A stretch of DNA of 60,375 bases from a virus (lineage: Duplodnaviria > Caudoviricetes). The notes under the pieces were generated by a model. The model was not told where the DNA came from, did no database searches, and was given only the letters and a program-made list of their open reading frames with translations. This document shows positions 37,911 through 47,418 of the stretch, one piece after another (position 1 is the first letter of the stretch; every line of letters begins with the position of its first letter). The DNA is taken from positions 1 to 60,375 of IMG/VR virus record IMGVR_UViG_3300018036_002016. One strand, written 5' to 3'. Position numbers and translations under genes: made by a program.

Positions 37911-39275
37911 TTATAGGTATCTTTTTGCCATTCTTTCCCAGTTTGCAAGACCTGCTCTTTTAAATCCAGCCGCTTTAATGAATGTTCTCATTGAAACATC
38001 ATTTGCCTTTTTCATAAATTCATAGATCTCTTCCTTTTCATTTAAAGGCATATCAGTTGGCTCTAAATACGGTAGAAGTTTTTTCATTCTTTCCATAAGA
38101 GTTGCATCATCTGGACTAATGTCAAGTAGAATAGATCTTGATTGAATTGCTCCATCAGGATCGGCTTTATCTTTTTCTAAGTTAGAAATAAATATGACTC
38201 TTCCGGCAAATTCAAATTGGTTTGGGACTAATCCGGCTTCAAGTGCATTGAATTCTCCTTCAGGATCGTTTTCAAAATCTTTAGGGTCAAATACAGTTGA
38301 TGACTTTTTTAGCCAGCTAATTTTTCTAACTGGTTTTGTATCAAGGGCAGCTTTTAACATATTTCTACCATTTTCATCTCTAAATACAGCATCACAATCA
38401 TCAAACACAAGAACTTTTGTTCTATATTGATAGAATTTTTTAAACATTATAATAGGAGAAGCAGCTCCTGAAACTAAAATGTAATCTTCATCTTCAATAA
38501 GACCTTCATCTTTTAATGCTCTTTCTACATTATATGTTTTACCAGTACCTGCTCTTCCAGATATAAATAGTGATTGCATGTTAGGGGCTCCTGCTCCAAT
38601 AACTCTAGTAATATCATAAATATCCTGCATCGTTTCTTCAAGATACTTAACTTTATCATCAAGAGTTTTTTCATTAGCTTCTTCCATTGGAGATTTTACC
38701 TCTGGAACCGTAACTCCTTTTTTAATCTTTAAAATAGATCTATATGGAATATCTAATTCTTCTGAAATATCACCGGCTGACATTCCGCTGTCAAGCATTT
38801 TTGTAATTTCAGCTATTTCCTTTTTATTAAAGATATATGCTGGTTTTCTACCTTCTTCTATACCGTCGTATGATTCTGCTACAGCTTTAGCATATTCAGC
38901 ATCGGTTAATCTAACAAATTCTCCTAGAAGTTTAACAATTGGGAATTTATCTGAAGTTATAATAAAGTCGGCAGTCTCACTATAGTGTTTTGAAAAATAA
39001 GAAAGAGAACTTACTATCCCAGGGATTCCAGAGTTTCCAGCAATTCTAACTGCAGAATCTGAGTTATTAGAATAAAGCATAACGCTAGATTCTTCTCTTC
39101 CTTCAACGCTGTGTGTTAGTACATAAGGTAGTTTCTTATAATCAGCTCCTGTTTTCTTATTTAAGAACCTTAAAATTACATCGGCCGCCTTATTTAGCTT
39201 AGGATCAAATAATTCGGTAGATTTTACAATCTTTGATTCATTCAAAAATCCATCTAGATTTAATAGTTTCTTCAT
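37911..39275 (-). CDS. AAA-type ATPase with a preceding HTH-like segment
   Basis: GRAGTGKT, VFDDCD, IFISN and SRS; GMSAGDISEELDIPYRSI HTH. Confidence 0.75.
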   Translation of the reverse strand: MKKLLNLDGFLNESKIVKSTELFDPKLNKAADVILRFLNKKTGADYKKLPYVLTHSVEGREESSVMLYSNNSDSAVRIAGNSGIPGIVSSLSYFSKHYSETADFIITSDKFPIVKLLGEFVRLTDAEYAKAVAESYDGIEEGRKPAYIFNKKEIAEITKMLDSGMSAGDISEELDIPYRSILKIKKGVTVPEVKSPMEEANEKTLDDKVKYLEETMQDIYDITRVIGAGAPNMQSLFISGRAGTGKTYNVERALKDEGLIEDEDYILVSGAASPIIMFKKFYQYRTKVLVFDDCDAVFRDENGRNMLKAALDTKPVRKISWLKKSSTVFDPKDFENDPEGEFNALEAGLVPNQFEFAGRVIFISNLEKDKADPDGAIQSRSILLDISPDDATLMERMKKLLPYLEPTDMPLNEKEEIYEFMKKANDVSMRTFIKAAGFKRAGLANWERMAKRYL

Positions 39276-39305
39276 TAGATATTATTTTTTTCTATTTTAT
39301 ATATC

Positions 39306-40976
39306 TTATTCTATTCTTTCTATTTCGAACTTAGAAAATCCATTTTCTCTAAATATCTGTATTTTCTTATCGAAGATTTCATGTGGTAATACAGTATGGT
39401 TAATTACAAACGTATTGATTTTATTTTCTTTGATTACTTGATTTAATATTTTAAGAATGTTGTACACTCCATCATTATCAACCGAGCTTAGTAGCTCATC
39501 TAAAAATAATAAGTTTAGTTGTGGAAATCTTAGTTTTAAAATCTTAATTATTGCAATAATAACTATAAAGTCTGCTTTTTTGCGTTCACCCGTAGAAAGA
39601 GTCATTGGGTTAATTTCTTCTCCTAAATGGTTAATTATACAGTTAAACTTCTCATCAAACTTAATATGAAAGGGCAGGTGCATTGTTTGGGTCATCGCCG
39701 CAATATTAGTATTTAATCCCGGGAGTATTGTTTTTACTGCTAAGTTTTTAACACCATCTTCTCCTAGAATATTTTCTACCATTTCCATGAATTGATAATC
39801 ATTAGATAGCTTACCAGATTCTAAAGACTTTTTATTTTCTTTTTCTTCAAAATCTTTAATTAGATTTTTTAAGTGTTCAAATTGAGTATCGTCTGAAGTG
39901 TCTTTTATTTTTATAAACTCTTCTTTAAGCTTTTGCATACTATATTTTATGTCCGATGATCTTGATTCAATATCTTTCTTTCTTTCTGTTAGGTTATCAA
40001 TTCTACTCTTAGAATCATCTATTTTGCCCTTTTGTTCTTTTATTTGATCTGCATTGCTTTTAAGCATATCGTTAAATTCGTCTAATTTTTGATGGTGCCA
40101 TTCGCTATCGAGCTTAGTTTCACATGTTGGACAATTTCCACCTTCATATAAATCTATTTTTTTCTTTAGATATTCTATCTCATGCTTTAGTTTCGATGCT
40201 TCTGTTCTTGCATCTTCATATTCATCTTTAACGCTACCTATTAAAGATGTAATATCATCTTTTTCTATTTTTAGACCTTTTGCTTTTTCATTTAGTTCTG
40301 TTAACTCTTCTTTTAGCTCTGTAATTCTTTCTTTATTTTTTTGAGAAGATTCTTCTAGAAGAGTATTTAGCTGGTGTCTTACTGATTGAATTGATTCCAT
40401 TATTTGATTTAACTCAGAATCATATGCTGTAATTTCTGTTTTAATAGATCTTCTTTCTTCTTTAATTCTTTGTTGCATATCATTTAGAACAGAGAATCCA
40501 AACATTTTATCAATAATTTGTTTTTTATCACTATTACTCATTGTTAGAAATGATTTAAAATCATTAATTGATAAAATTATAATGTTTTTAAATACATGGT
40601 AAGGTATACCAAACACTTCTTCTTCAAGATATTCTTGTACGCTCTTTTTTCCAGCCTTATCAAACTCTACTCCATTTAGCTTAACGACAAACATCCCAGG
40701 GTTGAGCCCTCTTTCAATATCAACTTCAATAGTTCCACATTTTAATTTGATCTGTACCCACAGCTCTCCATTAATTCTATTTGGAAGGTCTCCTAATTTA
40801 ACACCTTCAACCTTACCATATAATGCAAATATTATTGCATTCGCAATAGTTGTTTTACCATCTCCATTTTTTCCAAGGGTAAGAAACAACTCAGAAAACT
40901 CATTCTCAAATTCTATTTTTTGAATTTTGTTTCCATAGCTTGCAAAATTTTTAAATGCTATTGAATCTATTCTCAT
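39306..40976 (-). CDS. Recombination ATPase (gp46 / SbcC-like)
   Basis: FKNFASYG, GKNGDGKT, CPTC hook, LSTGE and FLDE. Confidence 0.93.
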   Translation of the reverse strand: MRIDSIAFKNFASYGNKIQKIEFENEFSELFLTLGKNGDGKTTIANAIIFALYGKVEGVKLGDLPNRINGELWVQIKLKCGTIEVDIERGLNPGMFVVKLNGVEFDKAGKKSVQEYLEEEVFGIPYHVFKNIIILSINDFKSFLTMSNSDKKQIIDKMFGFSVLNDMQQRIKEERRSIKTEITAYDSELNQIMESIQSVRHQLNTLLEESSQKNKERITELKEELTELNEKAKGLKIEKDDITSLIGSVKDEYEDARTEASKLKHEIEYLKKKIDLYEGGNCPTCETKLDSEWHHQKLDEFNDMLKSNADQIKEQKGKIDDSKSRIDNLTERKKDIESRSSDIKYSMQKLKEEFIKIKDTSDDTQFEHLKNLIKDFEEKENKKSLESGKLSNDYQFMEMVENILGEDGVKNLAVKTILPGLNTNIAAMTQTMHLPFHIKFDEKFNCIINHLGEEINPMTLSTGERKKADFIVIIAIIKILKLRFPQLNLLFLDELLSSVDNDGVYNILKILNQVIKENKINTFVINHTVLPHEIFDKKIQIFRENGFSKFEIERIE

Positions 40977-42082
40977 CTATCAATGTCGTGATTGTATGCA
41001 CATAAGTCATGCAATTGTTTTAGTTTATTTTTTAGCTTTTGTTTCGTCTCTTCATCATATGTTAAATTATCAACATACGCGCTACATAAGTTTAGGATGT
41101 TGTAATTTTTATAAATTTCATCATCTAAGTCATGAAAGTCTTTATCGATAATATCTGTTTCTTGGTAGATATTAGGTTCTAGTCTCCTACTTATATTTTG
41201 AATTTTATTAATTAATTCACTCAGAGAACTTGTAGTTGCTATTTTGCTAGGAACATATAAGTCTACAAAATTATTCTTAATTTCTTTTTTAAATTCACCC
41301 AGTGTCATTTCGAACAACTTGGTGATATTATACTTTAAGAACTTTGGTGATATGTCATTTGGAAAAAAGGTTTCTTCCATGTTTTCTAAATCAACTAGGT
41401 CGAATCCCTTTTGGTTTCCACTATCAGACCTTGTTAATTCATATGGAGTACCTACTAAAAGTAGTTTTCCTTTCTCTTGTCTATAATGAATATGCCCACT
41501 ATATACTCTAGTATATTTTGTGTATGCATTTGGTTTAGTTCCATGTTCATTTTTTACTTTAGAATTTAGATAAATTCCACTTACTTCAGAATGACAAAAT
41601 ACAATATCTGCTTGGGGAAATTCAGCAAGCGTTTCAGCCTCATGGTCAGAATCTCTTCTCCAAGGCATCATTAATATGTTTTTGTCATGCCACTTCATTA
41701 ATTTAGGCTCTTTATAAATCTGAACATTTGGAATCCATTTAAGACTATCAATTGAAGTAATTTCATTAGTCTTTTTAGCCCAAATGTCATGATTTCCACA
41801 AATTATATGTACTGGAAGAATTTCACCAAGCCTTTCAAATAAATTAACTGCATAATTAAGAACCTTAATGTTAATAGATTGTCTATTATCAAAGGTGTCG
41901 CCAACCTGTACCAGAACGTCTCCGGGTTGAACATGCTTTTTAAGAGTTGGTATAAACAACTCTTCGAAAAAATCTTTTTGGATATTTAGCCATTCTTGTG
42001 AATTTGCCCTAACTCCAAAATGAAGATCTCCTAGGACCCAAACTCTATTGGCCCCTTTTTTGAGGTTATTAGAGTCAATCAT
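40973..42082 (-). CDS. Recombination nuclease (gp47 / SbcD-like)
   Basis: GDLHFG, GDTFD, GNHD and SGHIH. Confidence 0.93.
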   Translation of the reverse strand: MIDSNNLKKGANRVWVLGDLHFGVRANSQEWLNIQKDFFEELFIPTLKKHVQPGDVLVQVGDTFDNRQSINIKVLNYAVNLFERLGEILPVHIICGNHDIWAKKTNEITSIDSLKWIPNVQIYKEPKLMKWHDKNILMMPWRRDSDHEAETLAEFPQADIVFCHSEVSGIYLNSKVKNEHGTKPNAYTKYTRVYSGHIHYRQEKGKLLLVGTPYELTRSDSGNQKGFDLVDLENMEETFFPNDISPKFLKYNITKLFEMTLGEFKKEIKNNFVDLYVPSKIATTSSLSELINKIQNISRRLEPNIYQETDIIDKDFHDLDDEIYKNYNILNLCSAYVDNLTYDEETKQKLKNKLKQLHDLCAYNHDIDR

Positions 42083-42083
42083 A

Positions 42084-42521
42084 TTAAAATAATTTATTTA
42101 TGTTCTTTCTTCCAAGGATCCCTGTTTTCAAATCTAATTCTTGTATTAAATCTTCTTTGTAAACATTAGAAAGAGAATTGTAAAACTTTGTTGGGTTAAT
42201 GTCAAAGTAAATGCATAGTTCACTAAACAAATCTATTCTAGAGTATCTCTTAACCATTTCGTCTACTATGTATCCGTAAACATCATTGATTTCTAGCTTT
42301 TTTAGTTTTGCATTTCTGCCGTGTTCATCAATTTCATTAAAAACTTTAAATCTAGAAACCATAATTAATTCATGAATTTCATTTGCTATAAGCTCGTAAT
42401 GAATTTTATCTTCTTCTGGTCTATTATCCTTCCACGAAGGATCCAGATCAAAGGAAAAGTTAGAAAGAATCTCAAAATCTGGAGATTCAAAGTTGTTATC
42501 AAATATTTTATCTCTTTCCAT
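42084..42521 (-). CDS. Possible late transcription coactivator (gp33-like C-terminal half)
   Basis: IDLFSELCIYFDINPTKFYNSLSNVYKEDLIQEL resembles the gp33 helical pattern; hydrophobic LF tail. Confidence 0.4.
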   Translation of the reverse strand: MERDKIFDNNFESPDFEILSNFSFDLDPSWKDNRPEEDKIHYELIANEIHELIMVSRFKVFNEIDEHGRNAKLKKLEINDVYGYIVDEMVKRYSRIDLFSELCIYFDINPTKFYNSLSNVYKEDLIQELDLKTGILGRKNINKLF

Positions 42522-43837
42522 TATATTCCGTGTAAATTGCTATTTGTGATGTCTTCAGTTTCAATTAATCTCATGTAGCCCCAATTAATACCTAGCCTAC
42601 ACTTCGTTCCTTTTCCTTCGCCATCTCGCATTTTTAAAATTTTAAGCCAATATTCATCACTTGCTCTCATTAAATCATCTTGTATAATTCCCATCATTAC
42701 ATCTGCTGTATGAGAAAGTCCTGCAGATTCAGCAATATCACTCATTGTTATATCGCTAGAATTATATCCGCTTCTAGTGATTTGTGTAGCTGTTACAATT
42801 AACCAATCATGCCTCTGTCCCATTGCTCTTAAATCTTCAGCGATCTGCTTAATTTTTAAATACGTATTTTCAGAATTTGGGTTTCTATAATTAGATAAAA
42901 TATTAATGTAGTCAATAATGACTGCTCCAATTTTAATTTGTTGCTCTTCTTCAAGTTGCGTTAGATATGCATCAATGTCAAGTACTGTTGCTTGTGATGT
43001 TGGCATTTGCTTAATGAAAAGCTGGCCAGGAGGATTAAATCCATCGCCAACTGTTTCTAGTCTTCTTTTTATGTATTCGTTATTTTTAGCCTTTTCTGCA
43101 TATTCATTAATATCTATGGATAGCAGATTTGATCCAATTCTTTTAACGAACTTGTGTGCAGCCATTTCTGCAGTAATTACGACAGTATTTACTCCCATTT
43201 TTACAAAATTGGCAGCATCATTCGCCAAGTAAATTGACTTACCAATATTCTGTTCTCCTGCGTAAACTACTAAGTTTCCTCCTTTATCATAGCCGCCACC
43301 TAATACTCTATCAATAAAATTATATCCTGAGCTTATTTTTTCAGATTCTTTCTGGTTATGATCGTCCGGGTCAAAGAAATTAAGACCCAAATCAGAATTG
43401 AAAGTGATATTATTTCTCTCATTAATTAATCCTTTTACTTTTTGGATAATGCTATCTGCATTATCTGGAGTTACTTGCGTTGTTTTAATATACTCTATAG
43501 TATCAATTAGAGAAGTATCGAACGTTCTCCATTTAATCCAAGATTCTGCGGTGGAAGTTAACCACTCTTCATCGTATTGTGCTAAGTCAACATCAAAAAT
43601 AACGTCAAGAATTCCATCTGTAATCTTTTCTTTAGCTTTTTTATAGTTTTGTATTAAAAGCTTAAGTTGATCTTTTCCAGGAGTTTCTTTAAACTTAATA
43701 TAAAATTTATTCGCAAGATAACTTAACACATCTATTTCTTCAGACGTGTAGTATCCGTTTTTTATACTTTGTAGATATTTAGGCTTTTCAAGAGAAAGTC
43801 TAAAAAATATTTTTTCAAAATCTTGACCGAATTGCAT
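42521..43837 (-). CDS. Replicative helicase (gp41 / DnaB-like)
   Basis: GEQNIGKS, ITAEM, IIDYINI, TATQITR and AESAG. Confidence 0.93.
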   Translation of the reverse strand: MQFGQDFEKIFFRLSLEKPKYLQSIKNGYYTSEEIDVLSYLANKFYIKFKETPGKDQLKLLIQNYKKAKEKITDGILDVIFDVDLAQYDEEWLTSTAESWIKWRTFDTSLIDTIEYIKTTQVTPDNADSIIQKVKGLINERNNITFNSDLGLNFFDPDDHNQKESEKISSGYNFIDRVLGGGYDKGGNLVVYAGEQNIGKSIYLANDAANFVKMGVNTVVITAEMAAHKFVKRIGSNLLSIDINEYAEKAKNNEYIKRRLETVGDGFNPPGQLFIKQMPTSQATVLDIDAYLTQLEEEQQIKIGAVIIDYINILSNYRNPNSENTYLKIKQIAEDLRAMGQRHDWLIVTATQITRSGYNSSDITMSDIAESAGLSHTADVMMGIIQDDLMRASDEYWLKILKMRDGEGKGTKCRLGINWGYMRLIETEDITNSNLHGI

Positions 43838-43853
43838 ATGACTATTATTTAAG

Positions 43854-43881
43854 CTTATAGAAGAAATTAGTCTTCAGTTTC
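43854..43881 (-). promoter_or_regulatory. Class 2 promoter GAAAC-N17-TATAAG upstream of the helicase
   Basis: Motif copy. Confidence 0.7.
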
Positions 43882-44988
43882 CTCTATTAACTCATCAAAA
43901 TCAAATTCAACCTCAGTGTTATAGTTAAATAGTGGATGAATCTTACTCTCGATCTTTTCTAGAACCTCTTGCGTAAATACTTTTTCAGTAAAGAATTCAT
44001 TATTTGGTACCGTTTCATCAAGGTGCTTACAAATCCAATTGCGAGCCGTCTTTTTAGGTATCTTTTCTCCTTTTTCAATTACACCCTTTGCAATACCAAT
44101 CTCTTCCCAATCGATATATTGTTCTAATCCAACAAAACGATTCATCCCTTCACTGAAATGCAAGTGAAATTTGATTGGATGTGGTTTAGCAAATCTATTT
44201 TTATTTGGCTTTGCGGTAACTATAATACCAGCCTTTTCTCCACTAGAATCTTTAAGCTGTGCTTTTCCTAAGAATAGCACAATAGAAGCTGCATATTCTG
44301 GTCCTGTTCCACCACCTGCAACCTGACGAGAGATAAAGTCTTGTGTCTGGTATGTGTGGTTTGTGAATAGGAATGGGATCTTAAGGTCTGCCATTGGTGT
44401 CATAATGATGCGGAAGATTGACTTTAAAATCTTCGAACGCGTCATATCTGATTTCTCTGAACCACTAACCGCATCATCTATTTCTTTTTGAGTTGCGAGG
44501 TTACCTGCAGAATCAAGAATAATCATCATCTTGGGTAGTTCAGCACCAGCACGCTTAGCCTCTTGCATTCTCTTCGTAATTGTAGTTACTGAAGACCTAA
44601 ACTCTTGTACTGTATTGATCGGTTGGTAGTTTACTTTGTCTGTATCAATACCGAACTTTTTCATAAGAGTTTTATCAACTGCTGCTTCTGAATCATAGAA
44701 GATGATGCTGTAACCCATATCAATTGCTCTACGAATAGAGTTTAGAATCAAGTAGGTTTTACCAGTACCAGAAGGTCCTGCAATCGAACATGACCTGTTG
44801 TTTGGCCATCCACCAAACAAACTACCTGAAACACATGCATTGAGATGATAATTGCCAGTGTCAATCCACTCGGTCACATCACTAAAGCTTGAATTTGACA
44901 TTACCGATCCAAGTGGATTTAGGGTTGCCAATTCTGCGTTAATGTCTTCGAAACTAAATTTATTATTTTTCTTTGCCATAACTTTCAA
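43867..44988 (-). CDS. uvsX: RecA-like recombinase UvsX
   Basis: DTGNY.LN, GPSGTGKT, YDSE, LDSAGNL, TNHTY and GGGTG. Confidence 0.93.
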   Translation of the reverse strand: MKVMAKKNNKFSFEDINAELATLNPLGSVMSNSSFSDVTEWIDTGNYHLNACVSGSLFGGWPNNRSCSIAGPSGTGKTYLILNSIRRAIDMGYSIIFYDSEAAVDKTLMKKFGIDTDKVNYQPINTVQEFRSSVTTITKRMQEAKRAGAELPKMMIILDSAGNLATQKEIDDAVSGSEKSDMTRSKILKSIFRIIMTPMADLKIPFLFTNHTYQTQDFISRQVAGGGTGPEYAASIVLFLGKAQLKDSSGEKAGIIVTAKPNKNRFAKPHPIKFHLHFSEGMNRFVGLEQYIDWEEIGIAKGVIEKGEKIPKKTARNWICKHLDETVPNNEFFTEKVFTQEVLEKIESKIHPLFNYNTEVEFDFDELIEETED

Positions 44989-45157
44989 ATATTTTTTTGT
45001 CTTTTTGTCGAACTATGTTTAATTGTTCTATTAATTTGGATGCTTCAGCGCTTAATGTTTTTATTTGATCTTCAAGCACTGAAATTCTATTGTAAATTGT
45101 TTGGTATTCTTTAACAATTTCTTTTTGGTCATCCGTTAGATTTTGTAAATCAATCAT
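44963..45157 (-). CDS. Small coiled-coil hypothetical protein
   Basis: Translationally coupled ORF. Confidence 0.55.
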   Translation of the reverse strand: MIDLQNLTDDQKEIVKEYQTIYNRISVLEDQIKTLSAEASKLIEQLNIVRQKDKKIFESYGKEK

Positions 45158-45312
45158 TATTCTGGAAATTGAATTTTTAATTGATTTGGATCTGACTGTG
45201 AATCTAAAGATTCTTTAATTTCCCAGTAAAATTGTCTTACTTTTCTACCTAGATCTAGATTATTTGGATATTGCTCCACTAGGTCCATGATTTGTTTAGT
45301 TGTATTTTCCAT
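45157..45312 (-). CDS. 51-aa ORF (MENTTKQIMDLVEQYPNNLDLGRKVRQFYW...)
   Basis: Read by hand; fills the gap, and its stop overlaps the next start. Confidence 0.55.
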   Translation of the reverse strand: MENTTKQIMDLVEQYPNNLDLGRKVRQFYWEIKESLDSQSDPNQLKIQFPE

Positions 45313-45314
45313 GA

Positions 45315-46517
45315 TTAAAATAGCGCAGACGCATAAATTAGATTAGTGTCTAGTGTTTGTAGACCAATTGCTTTTAAGACTCGATTAAGAGGATCGATCA
45401 TTGACTTTTCAAATTGAGTGTCGTAATCAACAGTTGGTGCAAATTCATATGGATGTTCACCTGGCATATACGCAAAAGTATCACTTAATGAATCTTTTAC
45501 ATGGTATATTTTTAGCTTTTCTCCATTACCAATTAACTTATACTTATTTTTATATTTAGTATTATTATTTAGTAGATAGTTATAGTATCCGGCTGCCTTT
45601 ACATTAGGTGGACACTTTAGCCCGAACTGAAGTTCTATTTGGTCATCTACGATATATTTTTCAATATTATTTGTCCTTTTATTAAAAGAAATATCGTCAA
45701 GATCTGCAAGCTTAAACTCTTTTTTAGATTGCTTCATGAACGTAACAAGCTCTTGTAAATCTTCGGCAGTTGGCTGTTGATGCTTTTTAAATAAAATTTT
45801 AAGAGCATCTACTAGTTTTTCACGTGCAAATTTAGGTGTAGAAGATTGAATTGTATCGAAGCCAATGGTTTTTACTTTTTTCAAAGATGGATGTCGATCT
45901 GTTATTTCTAATTTATCGTCCCATGCAATATTTTGAATGTATTTTTTCTTACTCATCCAAATACCGTTGTATGCTATTGTTTCTAATTCAAAAACCAAGA
46001 AATTATCAGTATTTCTTTTTTCAGCGTACTTTTCCATAGCTTTAACAATATAGCTTTTAAGTCTATAATTATAAAGCTCTATGATAAACGTGTCTATTGA
46101 TTTTTCTTCACCTAGCCATTCTACCGCATTATACATTTCTTCAAATTGAACATAGCAAGAGTCAGTATCAATGTATATTACTGAAGGTTTTTCTAGCCTA
46201 TGCTTAACTCTAATATTAAACTTTTCATGGACTGCTGAATCTATATGAAAGAATTCTTGAAAATACTTGTTTATAATACTTTCTGAGTATAGGATAGCAT
46301 CTTGTCCTTGTAAAGTAATTGATTCTGCAATGTCAATATTGAAAAAGTGAAACCACTTATTACCAAATGCACCATAGATAGAGTTCAAAGTTACTTTAAC
46401 TGCCTGCTCATAAGCTGTATATTTAGCAGAGAGCTCCTCATAGTATTGTATAAGGAGCCCTGCTTCATCTTTGCTTAACTGATCGGTTGGTTTATTCTTT
46501 AACTCTTCTATATTCAT
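45315..46517 (-). CDS. Family-B DNA polymerase, C-terminal subunit (gp43B-like)
   Basis: Motif B KVTLNSIYG, ITLQGQ, motif C YIDTDS, KKKY and SSTP. Confidence 0.92.
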   Translation of the reverse strand: MNIEELKNKPTDQLSKDEAGLLIQYYEELSAKYTAYEQAVKVTLNSIYGAFGNKWFHFFNIDIAESITLQGQDAILYSESIINKYFQEFFHIDSAVHEKFNIRVKHRLEKPSVIYIDTDSCYVQFEEMYNAVEWLGEEKSIDTFIIELYNYRLKSYIVKAMEKYAEKRNTDNFLVFELETIAYNGIWMSKKKYIQNIAWDDKLEITDRHPSLKKVKTIGFDTIQSSTPKFAREKLVDALKILFKKHQQPTAEDLQELVTFMKQSKKEFKLADLDDISFNKRTNNIEKYIVDDQIELQFGLKCPPNVKAAGYYNYLLNNNTKYKNKYKLIGNGEKLKIYHVKDSLSDTFAYMPGEHPYEFAPTVDYDTQFEKSMIDPLNRVLKAIGLQTLDTNLIYASALF

Positions 46518-46518
46518 A

Positions 46519-47262
46519 TTAAGCCGTTTGGCAAGTTGATACGGTCAAGAGAGTTTCACTATCTTTTGATGCAAAAACTACTTTAGATTGTGAAATGTAT
46601 ACAGTCTGTTCTTCTTTATCAAGAAGATTTAGATATTTTTTATAAACTGTAACTTCGCCATCACCATTACTTTCAGGATTAATTACTACATTAAATGATT
46701 TACCCTTTACATTAACTCCAGTCCCATTAGCCTTAATTGCAAAGGTTTCATCTTTATCTAATGTAAATAGATTTTTAACTTTTCCAATTGAGTATGTGTC
46801 TAATTCAAAATTGAATTCGCTACCTTCTCTTGAGAAAATGCCTTCAATTTGGTCAAGAGATAGATCTTTAAATCCAAGAGAAGGTTCAGAACATGATAGC
46901 GTAATTTCTAGCTCATCATTAAAAAGTTTAATAGTAGATGCTACTAGGTCTTCATCATTTTCAATGAATTCAATTTCACCTTTAATCGCGTCACTATCAA
47001 AATGTTTAATAGCATCAATAACTTTTGCTCCGTCAAAAAATGCTAGCTTCATTTCTTTATCAGTTTCTGGAGTTGATGCTAATTTAAAGATAGCATCAGT
47101 GTTGACTGCGTGATACTTTACCGCATCTCTTTGTGGAAGATACACTGCTGATGTGATTCGATTGGCATCCATTTTCATATAAATGAATGAATCAATGAGT
47201 CTTACTCGATTAATAAAGTTCGTTAACGCATGTTGGTCAACTCGATCAATTACTAGTTTCAT
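46519..47262 (-). CDS. Sliding clamp (gp45-like)
   Basis: Size, alternating alpha/beta two-domain pattern and replication context; weak sequence signature. Confidence 0.6.
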   Translation of the reverse strand: MKLVIDRVDQHALTNFINRVRLIDSFIYMKMDANRITSAVYLPQRDAVKYHAVNTDAIFKLASTPETDKEMKLAFFDGAKVIDAIKHFDSDAIKGEIEFIENDEDLVASTIKLFNDELEITLSCSEPSLGFKDLSLDQIEGIFSREGSEFNFELDTYSIGKVKNLFTLDKDETFAIKANGTGVNVKGKSFNVVINPESNGDGEVTVYKKYLNLLDKEEQTVYISQSKVVFASKDSETLLTVSTCQTA

Positions 47263-47291
47263 ATTTTTTTATTTGTTTAAAGAATTTAAAG

Positions 47292-47319
47292 ATTATATGT
47301 GTATAGTTCAAACTGTTTC
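47292..47319 (-). promoter_or_regulatory. Class 2 promoter GAAAC-N17-TATAAT upstream of clamp, PolB-C and UvsX
   Basis: Motif copy. Confidence 0.75.
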
Positions 47320-47324
47320 ATAAA

Positions 47325-47403
47325 AGTGAGGCCAGGAAGTAGCGAACCCCTGGCCTCTTCCGTGAACTACCACGGCCCTAAGACGAGGTCTTCAAACCTC
47401 ACC
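47325..47403 (-). ncRNA. Candidate structured RNA of three hairpins; the last may also terminate nrdA
   Basis: GC-rich island; the stems extend through G-U pairs only on the minus strand. Confidence 0.55.
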
Positions 47404-47418
47404 ATTTTTACTATTACA

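Noticed and set aside
47325-47403. tRNA or a known small ribozyme (pistol, hammerhead, HDV-like)
   Set aside because: GTTCG and CCCTAAG words are present, but I could not fit a canonical cloverleaf or a complete ribozyme core; kept as an unassigned structured RNA.
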